64,000 bases of DNA from Planctomycetota bacterium (GTDB lineage Bacteria; Planctomycetota; UBA1135; UBA2386), in assembly GCA_050245995.1 (NCBI GenBank), contig JBFWWV010000014.1, forward strand, positions 73,893 to 137,892, written 5' to 3'. Under the pieces are notes generated by a model. That model searched no databases. It was not told the DNA's origin and worked only from the letters and a program-made list of their open reading frames with translations. Shown here in pieces: positions 9,313-20,668 of the stretch (position 1 is the first letter of the stretch; the number at the start of each line of letters is the position of its first letter). Both the position numbers and the translations under genes were made by a program.

Positions 9313-10304
9313 TGGCCGCGCCCCGCACCGTCGCCGTCGTCGGCGCCTCGGGCTACACCGGCCGCGAGCTGCTGCACCTGCTGCGGCGCCACCCGTCGCT
9401 CGAGGCCACGGTGGTGATGACCGCGCGCGCCGGCAGCCAGCCGGAGCCGCCGACGTTCCCCAACGACCCGACCATCGACCCGCTCGACCTCGACCGGCTG
9501 CGGCAGGTGGACGGCGCGTTCCTGTGCACGCCGCACGGCGCAGCCAGCGCGATCGCCCAGGCCGCGCTCGACGCCGGCTGCGCGGTCGTCGACCTGTCGG
9601 CCGACTTCCGCCTGCGCGACCCGGCGCTGTACGCGGCGACCTACGGCGCCCCGCACCCCGCACCGCAGCTGCTCGAACGCGCGGTCTACGGCCTGACCGA
9701 GCACGCGCGCCAGCACCTGCGCACCGCCCGGCTGTGCGCCAACCCCGGCTGCTACCCGACCTCGATCCTGCTGCCGCTGCTGCCGCTGCTGCACGAGGGA
9801 CTGCTCGACGAGCATGCGCCGATCGTCGCCGACAGCAAGAGCGGCACGTCGGGCGCCGGCAAGGCGCCGAGCGAGCGCGTGCACTTCGGCAACGTGCACG
9901 AGAACTTCCTGGCCTACGGTGTGGGCTCGCACCGCCACACACCCGAGATCCTCCAGCAGGCCGGCACCGACCGCGTGGTGTTCACGCCGCACCTGCTGCC
10001 GGTGTTCCGCGGCATCCTGTCGACGCTGTACCTCACGCCGCGCCCCGGCGTCGGCGCCGACGCGGTGCGCGCGTGCCTGCTGCGCCGCTACGGCGACGAG
10101 CCGTTCGTGCGCGTCTACGAGCGCGGCCTGCCCGAGCTGCGCGCGGTGCAGCACACCAACGAGTGCCACATCGCCGTCGCCGACAGCGGCGGCATGGTGG
10201 TCGTGCTGTCGGCGATCGACAACCTCGTGAAGGGCGCCTCCGGGCAGGCGCTGCAGAACATGAACGTGATGCTCGGCCTCGCCGAGTCGGAGGGACTGCA
10301 GTGA
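9312..10304 (+). CDS. argC: N-acetyl-gamma-glutamyl-phosphate reductase
   Basis: GASGYTG, DLSADFRL, ANPGCYPT, SGTSGAG, DNLVKGASGQA. Confidence 0.96.
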   Translation: MAAPRTVAVVGASGYTGRELLHLLRRHPSLEATVVMTARAGSQPEPPTFPNDPTIDPLDLDRLRQVDGAFLCTPHGAASAIAQAALDAGCAVVDLSADFRLRDPALYAATYGAPHPAPQLLERAVYGLTEHARQHLRTARLCANPGCYPTSILLPLLPLLHEGLLDEHAPIVADSKSGTSGAGKAPSERVHFGNVHENFLAYGVGSHRHTPEILQQAGTDRVVFTPHLLPVFRGILSTLYLTPRPGVGADAVRACLLRRYGDEPFVRVYERGLPELRAVQHTNECHIAVADSGGMVVVLSAIDNLVKGASGQALQNMNVMLGLAESEGLQ

Positions 10305-11134
10305 GGATCCTCGTCAAGATCGGCGGCGCCTGGCTCGAGGAGACCGGGCCGCGCGCGCAGCTGTGTCAGGGCATCGCCGCAGCCCGACGCGCCGGCCACG
10401 AGGTGGTCGTCGTGCACGGCGGCGGCAACCAGATCCGCCAGCTCGGCCGCGACCTCGGCGTGCCCGAGCGCTACCACGACGGCCTGCGCGTCACCGACGC
10501 GCGCACCGCCGAGGTCGTGCTGATGGTGCTCGCCGGCCAGGTCAACCGCACGCTGACCGCGGCGCTGCAGCGCGCCGGCGTGCCGGCGGCCGGCATCTGC
10601 GGCGCCGACGGCGGCTCGTTCTCGGCGCGGCGGATGCACAGCGACGACGTCGACCTCGGCTACGTCGGCGCCGTCGACGAGGTGCGGCCGCAGCTGGTGC
10701 GTACGCTGCTCGACGCCGAGTTCGTGCCGGTCGTCGCCACCGTCGCGCCCGGCGTGCACGGCGATGCCAGCGAGCCGTTCTACAACATCAATGCCGACCA
10801 CGCCGCGGCGCCGCTGTGCAAGGCGTTCGACTGCGCGGCGCTGCTGTTCCTCACCGACGTCGACGGCGTGCGCGGCGACGACGGCGCGGTGCTGCCGCGG
10901 CTCGACCCCGCCGCCTGCAAGCGCCTGATCGCCAGCGGCACCGCCAGCGGTGGCATGCTGCCCAAGCTCGACGCGGCGCTGCGCGCGCTGCGCGAGAACC
11001 CGACCGCGCTGGTCAAGATCGCGCCGGCCGGCGCCGCCGACGCGGTGCTGAACGCGCTGCGCCCCGACGTCGGCACCGCGTTCGTCGCCGACCTCGCCGC
11101 CACCCCCCACCCCGCGGAGGCCGCCCGTGGATGA
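10301..11134 (+). CDS. argB: Acetylglutamate kinase
   Basis: VKIGG, VVHGGG, GLRVTD, NINAD, TDVDGV, GGMLPKL. Confidence 0.94.
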   Translation: MRILVKIGGAWLEETGPRAQLCQGIAAARRAGHEVVVVHGGGNQIRQLGRDLGVPERYHDGLRVTDARTAEVVLMVLAGQVNRTLTAALQRAGVPAAGICGADGGSFSARRMHSDDVDLGYVGAVDEVRPQLVRTLLDAEFVPVVATVAPGVHGDASEPFYNINADHAAAPLCKAFDCAALLFLTDVDGVRGDDGAVLPRLDPAACKRLIASGTASGGMLPKLDAALRALRENPTALVKIAPAGAADAVLNALRPDVGTAFVADLAATPHPAEAARG

Positions 11135-12317
11135 GGGCGTGATGAAGACCTACGCGCGCCAGCGCGAGGTGTTCGTGGACGGACACGGCGCGGTGCTCGT
11201 CGACCGCGACGGCCGCGAGTTCCTCGACTTCCTGGCCGGCATCGCCGTCAGCGCGCTCGGCCACGGCCACCAGGGCCTCGCCGCGGCGCTGCGCGACCAG
11301 GTCGGCAAGGTCGTGCACCTCAGCAACCTGTTCCGGCACCCGTACACCGAGGACGTCGCCACCCGGCTGTGCGCGCACACCGGCATGGCCGCCGCGTTCT
11401 TCACCAACTCGGGCACCGAGGCGATCGAGTGCGCGCTGAAGCTGGCGCGCAAGGCGATGCGCGCGCGCGGCGAACCCGACCGCACGTCGTTCGTGGCGAT
11501 CGAGGGCGGCTTCCATGGCCGCTCGCTCGGCGCGCTGTCGCTGACCTGGAGCGAGAAGTACCGGGCGCCGTTCGCGCCGCTGTTCGACGTGACCTGGGTG
11601 CCGCCCGACGACGTGCCCGCGCTCGAACGCGCGCTGCAGCGGCGGCCGGCGGCGCTGGTGCTGGAACCCATCCAGGGCGAGGGCGGCATCCGGCCGCTGG
11701 CGCCGGAGTTCCTGCGCGCGGCGCGTTCGCTGTGCACCGCGACCGGCACCGTGCTCGTGCACGACGAGATCCAGAGCGGCTGCGGCCGCACCGGCGCGTT
11801 CCTGGCGGCGCAGCACCACGACGTCACGCCCGACGTGGTGGCGCTCGCCAAGCCGATCGCCGCCGGTCTGCCGATGGGCGCGTGCCTCGCCAGCGCCGCA
11901 TTCGCCGACACGTTCGCCAAGGGCGAGCACGGCTCGACGTTCGCCGGCGGCCCGCTGGTGTGCCGCGCGGCGCAGGTGTTCCTCGACGCCGTCGACGGCG
12001 GCCTGCTGGCCGCCGTGCAGGAGCGCGGCGCGCAGCTGCAGGCGGGCCTGCAGGCGCTGCAGCGCGAGCTGCCGATCGTGCGCGAGGTGCGCGGCCGCGG
12101 CCTGATGCAGGGCCTGCGCCTGTGGCACTCGGCTGGCGAGGTGCAGCAGGCGCTGTACACGGCCGGCGTGATCACCAACTGCACCGCCGGCGACGTGATC
12201 CGCATCGTGCCGCCGTTCGTCGTGACCGAGGCGCAGGTCGAGGACGGCCTGCAGCGCATCGCCGCGGCGCTGCGCGCGTTCCCCCAAGACCAGCAGCAGG
12301 ACCCCGCCCGAGGATGA
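11127..12317 (+). CDS. argD: Acetylornithine aminotransferase
   Basis: DFLAGIAV, NSGTEA, FHGRS, EPIQGEGG, DEIQSGCGRTG, AKPIAAG, HGSTFAG. Confidence 0.94.
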   Translation: MDEGVMKTYARQREVFVDGHGAVLVDRDGREFLDFLAGIAVSALGHGHQGLAAALRDQVGKVVHLSNLFRHPYTEDVATRLCAHTGMAAAFFTNSGTEAIECALKLARKAMRARGEPDRTSFVAIEGGFHGRSLGALSLTWSEKYRAPFAPLFDVTWVPPDDVPALERALQRRPAALVLEPIQGEGGIRPLAPEFLRAARSLCTATGTVLVHDEIQSGCGRTGAFLAAQHHDVTPDVVALAKPIAAGLPMGACLASAAFADTFAKGEHGSTFAGGPLVCRAAQVFLDAVDGGLLAAVQERGAQLQAGLQALQRELPIVREVRGRGLMQGLRLWHSAGEVQQALYTAGVITNCTAGDVIRIVPPFVVTEAQVEDGLQRIAAALRAFPQDQQQDPARG

Positions 12318-12321
12318 TCGC

Positions 12322-13266
12322 ATGAGCAACCCCGCCCCGTTCGGCAGGCTCTCGCAGAAGGACCTGCTCTGCACCTCGGCGCTCAGCCGCGCCGACTTCG
12401 ACACGATCTTCGCCGCCGCCGGCGCCCTCAAGGCCGGTCGCGAGGAGCACACCGAGGTGCTGCGCCACAAGCGCCTGGCGATGATCTTCGAGAAGGACTC
12501 GCTGCGCACGCGCTTCACGTTCGACGTCGGCATGCACGACCTCGGCGGCAGCGCCGTGTTCATGGACCACCGCGACGCGCGCATCGGCTCGCGCGAGTCG
12601 GTCAAGGACATCGCCCGCAACCTCGAGCGCTGGGTGCACGGCATCGTCGCCCGCACGTTCAAGCACAAGGCCGTCGAGGAGCTGGCGCAGAACTGCGGCA
12701 TCCCGGTCATCAACGGCCTGACCGACTTCGTGCACCCGTGCCAGGCGCTGGCCGACTTCTACACGATGTTCGAGAAGTGGGGCGCCGTGCAGGGCCGCAC
12801 GCTGACGTTCGTCGGCGACGGCAACAACACCTGCCACTCGCTGATCCACACCGCCGCGCGCCTCGGCACGCACATCCGCGTGTGCTCGCCCGAGGGCTAC
12901 GAGCCCAACGCCCGCGTCGTCAACGAGGCGATGCGCACCGCCGCCGAGACCGGCGCCGAGATCCACATCCTCAACGACCCCGACGAGGCCGCCGACGGCG
13001 CCGACGCGATCTACACCGACGTCTGGGCGTCGATGGGCCAGGAGGACGAGATCGAGGAGCGCAACGGCGTGTTCGCCGCCTACCAGGTCGACGAGGAGAT
13101 GATGGCGCGCGCCAAGCCCGGCGCGCTGTTCATGCACTGCCTGCCCGCGCACCGCGGCTGGGAGGTCACGCAGGAGGTCATGGACGGCCCGCAGAGCGTC
13201 GTCTACGACATCGCCGAGAACCGCCTGCACGTGCAGAAGGCCGTGATGGCGCTGTTGATGCAGTGA
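12322..13266 (+). CDS. argF: Ornithine carbamoyltransferase
   Basis: FEKDSLRTR, HPCQALAD, GDGNN, TDVWASMGQE, HCLPAHRG, AENRLH. Confidence 0.95.
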   Translation: MSNPAPFGRLSQKDLLCTSALSRADFDTIFAAAGALKAGREEHTEVLRHKRLAMIFEKDSLRTRFTFDVGMHDLGGSAVFMDHRDARIGSRESVKDIARNLERWVHGIVARTFKHKAVEELAQNCGIPVINGLTDFVHPCQALADFYTMFEKWGAVQGRTLTFVGDGNNTCHSLIHTAARLGTHIRVCSPEGYEPNARVVNEAMRTAAETGAEIHILNDPDEAADGADAIYTDVWASMGQEDEIEERNGVFAAYQVDEEMMARAKPGALFMHCLPAHRGWEVTQEVMDGPQSVVYDIAENRLHVQKAVMALLMQ

Positions 13267-13409
13267 GCCGCGGAGATCCCGCCGGTGCGCCGGGCCTGTG
13301 GTCATCGCTCTGGTGGGCTCCGGGGGCCTTGCCGGCTCCCGGACACCCACTACACTTCGGGGCGCACGATGCATCACGCAACCGAGTGACCCGAACGAAG
13401 GAGCGGATC

Positions 13410-15372
13410 ATGACGCGGACGACCGGTAGGGAAGGGAAGGGAAGGGAAGGGAAGGCATAGCCGTGCAGTCGCACGCCGTGCCGCTACTGTCCTGCTGACC
13501 GTGGCAAGTCTGATGGGCGACCACCTGGGCGCTCAGAGCCTCGGCGGCGCCTGGACCATGGCGTTCAACCATCAGGATGGACAGCAGGCCGGCCAGAGCG
13601 CCACCGACCCCTATGCCGGGTTTCCCGCCGGCACGTTCGTGATCGACGGGTTCTACGACTTCCCGACCCGACTGAAGGCCGCGCACATGGCGCTGATCCC
13701 GCGCGGCCCACATCAGGGCAAGGTCCTCGTCTGGGACCAGGACCCGGTTGTCGGTTTCGCGCCGCACCTGCCGCAGGGTTCCGGCGTCGGTTGGTCCTAT
13801 CAGCCCTACGCGATCGTCGACCCGCGACCCACACTGCCGCCCGGCCAAGTCCGGTTCCGTAACTTCCTGCTGCCGATCGGCCCGGTCCTCAACGACACCG
13901 GTGGCGACATCTTCTGCTCCGGCCACTGCTGGACGCCGTTCGGCGACCTGGTCGTCGTCGGCGGCACCGACTTTTCGCCGGCCGGGATGATGGCGGCCAA
14001 CAAGACGTTCGTCTTCAACCCGACGCTGGTCTCCGAGCACTACCCGCAGATCGGGCGTTGGATCCAGGGCCCCGACCTGCAGTCCCTCAGGTGGTATCCA
14101 ACAGCGACATTGACGGGCCGCTTGCCGCGGCTGAACTCGATGAACCCTCAGGGTAGCCATGCGATCCTGGTACTGGGTGGTTCCTCTGACCTCACAGCCG
14201 GGGCGGGTCCGGGTACCAATCCGACCTGGAACACCTACGAAGCCTTCGAAGTGATTGGACCGTCGAGTATCTCACCACAGGTCGACTCCGGCCTGATTCG
14301 CGATACGTTCACGCCCATTGGCGGCACGCCGACCTCGACGTTCGCAGGGCCATCGGCCACTTTCCTGGCCAACTGGCGGGATGAGTCCCTGTACTTCTAC
14401 CCACGCTGCCACTTGCTCACCACTGGACGCGTGTTCATGGGTTCCTTTGCGCCTCTGTCGGCAGCCGTCGACCACGACTCCGTCGCTTGGGACCTGTTTC
14501 CAGGCCACTCGTTCCAGGCGTCGTTGTGGAACGGATTCCGCGAGTATGGGGCCAGCGTGCTCTATCCCAACATTGGCGGGCGGCGCAACGAGGTCGTCCG
14601 ACTCGGCGGCCGGGACATGCAGTCGACCGGCGATTGGACCACGTCGACGGTAGAGATCTGCGACGCCGACGATCCCTCGGCGATCTGGACGAAGCTGCCG
14701 GAGATGAAGCGATCGCGCTCGGTGTTCAACGTCGTGGTTCTGCCCGATGCATCCCTGATCGCGTTCGGCGGGCTGAACGAAACCAACGCAACGAATCCAC
14801 CGGTGTCTCACTTCCAGCCCGAGATCCTGCCCGCCGGGAGCACCAAGTGGCACCTGTTGCCGCCGGCGTTCTCGGTGCGCCAGTACCACTCTGCAGCAGT
14901 CCTCCTACCCGATGGACGCGTCTTGACCGGCGGCGGTGAAGAGCGCATCGACGATATCAACGGCGGCTCGAACGGCACCGACTACGAGGTGTTCTCGCCC
15001 CCGTACCTCGTCGGCGCTGAAGGCGATGTTCCGCTGCGTCCGACCGGCGTCGACATCCTCAATCCGTTCGCACACGACGCCCAGGACAAGGTCGACATTC
15101 TGCACTACGCATCAACCCTGATGGTGCAGTTCGATCCCCTGCCCCTAGGCATCAGCATTGCGAAGGCCGTCTTCATGGCACCCGGATCGACGACCCACCA
15201 CAGCGACATGCACCAGCGCTACCACGAGGTGCCGGCAAACCACATCTCAACCACGCGGGTCAAGGTGTTCCTGCCGACGACCCCAACAGAGCTGGTCGAG
15301 GGCTTCTACATGATGTTCCTGGTCGACAGCGCCGGGATCCCATCTGAGGCCGTATGGGTGCGAATCCAGTGA
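13410..15372 (+). CDS. Secreted galactose/glyoxal oxidase-like copper radical oxidase (AA5-like); start out of frame at the repeat, body ORF 13501..15372
   Basis: DIFCSGH, RWYPT, RQYHSAAVLLPDGRV, FSPPYL, STTHHSDMHQR match the Cys-Tyr cofactor and Tyr/His/His copper ligands. Confidence 0.85.
13428..13455 (+). repeat. Pentanucleotide simple sequence repeat (AGGGA)5-AGG
   Basis: Read directly; lies 18 nt after an ATG (13410) that has an AAGGAG RBS. Confidence 0.92.
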
Positions 15373-17000
15373 ACCGGCTGCTAGTGGCGCTCGTGTTGGT
15401 CTCGCCTGCCGGGCATGCGCAGGGCACAGCGTGGATCGACATGGACCCTGCGGGAACCCCGTCCTTCCGGCAGAGCATCGACCTGTTCGGTGACTTCGAT
15501 GGGGACGGGTGTGCGGACATCCTACTGGGGTACTCCCCGAATCGATTCGGATCCTATGGCGAGACCAGGATTCTGTCCGGGCGTGACGGCTCACTCCTGT
15601 TCCCTACTTCACTGCCTGCGAATCAAGCGATGCTGGGATTCGTTCACGAGGCCGGTGACGTCGACGGGGATGGCCATCCCGACCTCGCGCTGATCCGCGG
15701 GCCTGCAACGACACCTATCACCCATCGCCTTGAAGTCTGGTCTCCCTTTCTCGGCTCGCAGCTTTGGTTCACTTCGCCCCACAGCCAGTACTACGGTGGC
15801 ACGTCCCTTCGCAGCCAAGTCGCCGGAAACATCGACGTCGACGGGGACGGGCGCTCGGAGATCGTGGTCCTGTCAGCCGACTCGCTCGAGTCCGACGTCT
15901 ACGTCTACAACAGCAACGGGTCGCTCCGCTATCTGCTGCCGGCCCTCGCTTACGGCTGGATCGCCAACTCGGTCGCCGCCATGCCGGACCTAGATGGCGA
16001 TGGTGGTGACGACTTCGTCGTGGGGGCGCATGTGCCGGGCAGTCACGGCGCGGTCTGGGTGATCTCCGGCCGCACCGGCAGCCTGATCCGCATCACCCCC
16101 GACATCCAGCCGGACGACGTGCTCAGCAGCGCCGTCTGCGACGCCGGCGACATGGATCTGGATGGCGTGCACGACTATGCCGCCGCCAGCTACCCGTCCG
16201 CACCCGGCACCCGCATCGCCGTGTTCTCGGGCCGCACCGGCGCCGTGATCCACAGCTGGGGCGACTACGGCACCGACCGCGACGGCATGACCGGCAACGT
16301 CGACTGCGACCTCGACGGCGTCCCGGACCTGGTCGTCGGAGCTGCCGGCTACCAGGTGTCGCCCGTCCACTTCGGTCAGGTCCGCTGCTATTCGGGCCGG
16401 GACGGCTCCGTGCTGTGGAACCTGAGCACAACCGACAACAACGACCCTGTCCGACCCGGCACGATGATCGCGCTCGGGCCCCAACCCGGCAGTCCGTACC
16501 CGGTCGTCGCGTGGCTGCACCGCAACTGGGCTGGCCAGGGCCGCATCGTCGCCCTGCACACCGAGTTGCTCGGCGCCGGCGCGGTCCAGGGCGTCGCCGC
16601 GTCCTCGACCAGCAACCTGCCGCTCATCGGAATGCGCAAGGTCCAGAACGGCAGCGCGAACAACATCCGCATCCACAGCGCGGGTGGCCCGCCTGGCGCG
16701 ATCGCGTGGCTGCTGCTCGCCGGCGCCGGCGACACCGCAGTCAGCGGCGCCACCATCCCCCTCGCGCTCGATCCGCTGGGCCTGACGGGTCTCACCCTAT
16801 ACGTGCCGCCCGTGCTCACCGCGACGACACTGCTTGGCAGCGCCGGTGGCAGTGGCATGGACGCCGGCTTCGGCGCAATAGACCTGCCAATCCCGGCTCT
16901 CGAGCCCAACGGCATCCCGTTCGCCGCGCAGTGGCTCTTGCTCGACCCGCCCACCGGCGCGTTCGCGGCGACGGCGCGGCACGAGTTCCGCGCCCGCTGA
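15369..17000 (+). CDS. Secreted FG-GAP / integrin-alpha repeat protein
   Basis: Signal peptide (…AGHAQ); repeated GDxDGDGxxD motifs with SGRxG turns; GTGA overlap with the oxidase stop. Confidence 0.85.
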   Translation: MNRLLVALVLVSPAGHAQGTAWIDMDPAGTPSFRQSIDLFGDFDGDGCADILLGYSPNRFGSYGETRILSGRDGSLLFPTSLPANQAMLGFVHEAGDVDGDGHPDLALIRGPATTPITHRLEVWSPFLGSQLWFTSPHSQYYGGTSLRSQVAGNIDVDGDGRSEIVVLSADSLESDVYVYNSNGSLRYLLPALAYGWIANSVAAMPDLDGDGGDDFVVGAHVPGSHGAVWVISGRTGSLIRITPDIQPDDVLSSAVCDAGDMDLDGVHDYAAASYPSAPGTRIAVFSGRTGAVIHSWGDYGTDRDGMTGNVDCDLDGVPDLVVGAAGYQVSPVHFGQVRCYSGRDGSVLWNLSTTDNNDPVRPGTMIALGPQPGSPYPVVAWLHRNWAGQGRIVALHTELLGAGAVQGVAASSTSNLPLIGMRKVQNGSANNIRIHSAGGPPGAIAWLLLAGAGDTAVSGATIPLALDPLGLTGLTLYVPPVLTATTLLGSAGGSGMDAGFGAIDLPIPALEPNGIPFAAQWLLLDPPTGAFAATARHEFRAR

Positions 17001-17100
17001 GGTCGCAGCCCGCGCTCCTGGACCTGCGCCCGGGGTGCGCCCGACCCGCCGGTCCCCTACACTCGGCGCACGGGTCGTGTCCGGGTGACCGGAGAATGCC

Positions 17101-19293
17101 ATGCAGAACACCGCGCTCGTCGCCGCCTTGCTCCTCGCCGCCACGGCGCCCGCCCAGCGGCGCGTCCCGGTCGCGGCGCCGATCGACCTCGCCCACGCCT
17201 GGGCCCACGACGCGGCGCGCGATCGGCTCGTGGTGCTGGGCACCGACGGCGAGACCTTCGAACTCGTGGACTTCGCGCTGCGCCGCCGCGCCGACGCGGG
17301 CGGCACCGGCCCTGGACCGCGCAACGGCGCGAGCATGGTGTTCGATCCGACGCGCGGACGCGCGCTGCTGTTCGGCGGCCAGCTGCTGAGCCGCCTCGGC
17401 GACACTTGGAGCTGGGACGGCGCGGCCTGGCGCCAGGAGACCTCGGGCCCGCCGGCCCGCTCCTTCGCCGGCATGGCGTTCGACTCCGCGCGCGGCCGGG
17501 CGGTGCTGTTCGGCGGGCAGGGCAACGGCACGGTGCTGACCGACACCTGGGAGCACGACGGCACGAGCTGGCTCCTGCGCCAGCCGGCGACGGTGCCGCC
17601 CGCGCCGAACGCTCCTGTGATGGCGTTCGACAGCGGCCGCGGCGTGACCGTGATGACGGTGTCGACCGGGTTGTTCGGCGCGCCGGTGCACACCTGGGAG
17701 TGGAACGGCACCGACTGGATCCAGCGCACGTCGGGCCAGCCGGCGCCGATCGGCGGCAACGGCGCGACGATGGTCTACGACCCGCTGCGCGCGCGGTGCG
17801 TGGTGCTCGGCGGCGGCTCCACGACCGTTTCGTTCGGCGGCACCTCGAGCCCCGGCAGCGAGATCTGGGAGTGGGACGGCACGAGCTGGACGCTGGCCAC
17901 GACCCTCGGCGCGCCGCTGCGGCGGTTCACTCCGGCGTGGTTCTCGGCGCGCACCGGCGCGGTCGAGGTGTTCGGCGGGCCCGAGACGACCGGCAACGGG
18001 CTCGACCTCGCGTCGTGGCGGTGGAACGGCGCGGCGCTGCAGCGCCTGTCCGGCGAGCTGTTGCCGGCGCGCCGCCACAGCCACGCGTGGCTGCCCGAGA
18101 TCCGCGGCGGCGGTATCCTGTTCGGCGGCCGGCAAGGCCTCGGCATCCCCGACGACACCTGGCGTTGGGACGGCCATCGCTGGAGCCGGCTGCTGCCGAC
18201 CCCGGCGCCCCCCGGACGCACCGAGCCCGCGACGGCCTTCGATCTGCTGGGCAGCCGGTCGCTCCTGTTCGGCGGCGGCGTCGGCGCGCAGGTGCTCGAC
18301 GACTTCTGGGCCTGGACCGGCACCGCCTGGGCGCGCCTGCCCAACGGTCCGCCCGGCCGCTACGGCGCGGGGCTCGCGTCGGACCTGCTGCGCGGCGAAG
18401 TCGTGCTGTTCGGCGGCGCCACGACCGGGCTGTTCCAGGCGGGCGCGTTGCTCGACGACACCTGGGTGTTCGACGGCACCGCGTGGTCGCAGCGCTTCCC
18501 GACCGCGCGGCCCGGCGGCCGCCACGCCCCGGCGATGGAGCAGGACCTGTCCACCGGCAACGTGGTGCTGTTCGGCGGCCGCACCGGCACCACCGCCGCC
18601 GACCAGCTCGCCGACACCTGGCTGTGGAACGGCGTGCAGTGGTCCCCGCGGGCGACGCCGACCACGCCGCCGGCGCTGATGATGCCGTCGCTGGTGTTCG
18701 CCTGGGAGCGCTCGCGCCTGCAGCTCCTCGGCAGCGAGTGGCGCGGCCAGGGCCAGGACATCGACGAGCAGCTGTGGGAGTTCACCGGCAGCGACTGGGC
18801 GCTGCGCGGCACGGCGCTGCTCGGCGGGGCGTCGGGCGGCCTCGCGATCCTCGACCAGCAGCGCGGCACCGTGGTGGTCGCCGACGGCGGCAACGTGCGC
18901 GAATGGACCGAGGTCGCGGCCGCGGCCAGCTCGGCCGGCGCCGGCTGCGGCCAGGCGCCGCCCCGACTCACGGCGCGCGCCCGACCGCGGCGCGGCGAAC
19001 CCGAGTCGGGCCTCGAACTGTTCACCGCGCCGCAGCAGCCGGTGCTGTTCGCGGCCGACGGCGCCACCGGCAGCATCCCGGTCGGCAACGGCTGCACGCT
19101 GCTGCTCGGCGGACTCACGTTCCTGCACTTCGCGCTCACCGATGGCCGCGGCCTCGCCGAGGTGCGGTGGCCGGTGCCGCGCGAGGTCGAGTGGCGCGGC
19201 CTCGTCCTGCACGCGCAGGCGGCGGTGCTGGACCCGGCGCAGCCCGGCGGCCTCGCGCTGAGCCGGCGGCTCGACCTGACGGTCGGCGACTGA
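17101..19293 (+). CDS. Secreted kelch-like beta-propeller protein
   Basis: Signal peptide (…APAQ); many (M)xFD..RGR.(V/L)LFGG...DTWxWDGxxW repeats. Confidence 0.85.
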   Translation: MQNTALVAALLLAATAPAQRRVPVAAPIDLAHAWAHDAARDRLVVLGTDGETFELVDFALRRRADAGGTGPGPRNGASMVFDPTRGRALLFGGQLLSRLGDTWSWDGAAWRQETSGPPARSFAGMAFDSARGRAVLFGGQGNGTVLTDTWEHDGTSWLLRQPATVPPAPNAPVMAFDSGRGVTVMTVSTGLFGAPVHTWEWNGTDWIQRTSGQPAPIGGNGATMVYDPLRARCVVLGGGSTTVSFGGTSSPGSEIWEWDGTSWTLATTLGAPLRRFTPAWFSARTGAVEVFGGPETTGNGLDLASWRWNGAALQRLSGELLPARRHSHAWLPEIRGGGILFGGRQGLGIPDDTWRWDGHRWSRLLPTPAPPGRTEPATAFDLLGSRSLLFGGGVGAQVLDDFWAWTGTAWARLPNGPPGRYGAGLASDLLRGEVVLFGGATTGLFQAGALLDDTWVFDGTAWSQRFPTARPGGRHAPAMEQDLSTGNVVLFGGRTGTTAADQLADTWLWNGVQWSPRATPTTPPALMMPSLVFAWERSRLQLLGSEWRGQGQDIDEQLWEFTGSDWALRGTALLGGASGGLAILDQQRGTVVVADGGNVREWTEVAAAASSAGAGCGQAPPRLTARARPRRGEPESGLELFTAPQQPVLFAADGATGSIPVGNGCTLLLGGLTFLHFALTDGRGLAEVRWPVPREVEWRGLVLHAQAAVLDPAQPGGLALSRRLDLTVGD

Positions 19294-19355
19294 GCGCCAC
19301 CGCGAACCCCTCGCGCGGATCCCGGCCTGCGCACTTGACGGCGCCGGTCGCCACC

Positions 19356-19390
19356 TGCATAAGTATGCACCTCGATTGCATAATCATGCA
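19356..19390 (+). promoter_or_regulatory. Tandem ARG boxes overlapping the argG promoter
   Basis: TGCATAAGTATGCA-N7-TGCATAATCATGCA; TTGACG (-35-like) at 19335-19340. Confidence 0.9.
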
Positions 19391-19438
19391 TCCGCGACCG
19401 CCCCGGTCGCGACCGCCCCGCGCCGCTGCCCCACCGCC

Positions 19439-20664
<1,226 letters not shown>

Positions 20665-20668
<4 letters not shown>

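Noticed and set aside
12322-13266. SLRT instead of STRT, suggesting an acetyl- or succinyl-ornithine carbamoyltransferase
   Set aside because: The ornithine-binding DxxxSMG and HCLPAHRG motifs are intact, consistent with an ordinary OTCase
17101-19293. Recurring GTGCTGTTCGGCGGC / GACACCTGG DNA repeats resembling an array
   Set aside because: They encode kelch repeat residues (VLFGG, DTW); not CRISPR repeats
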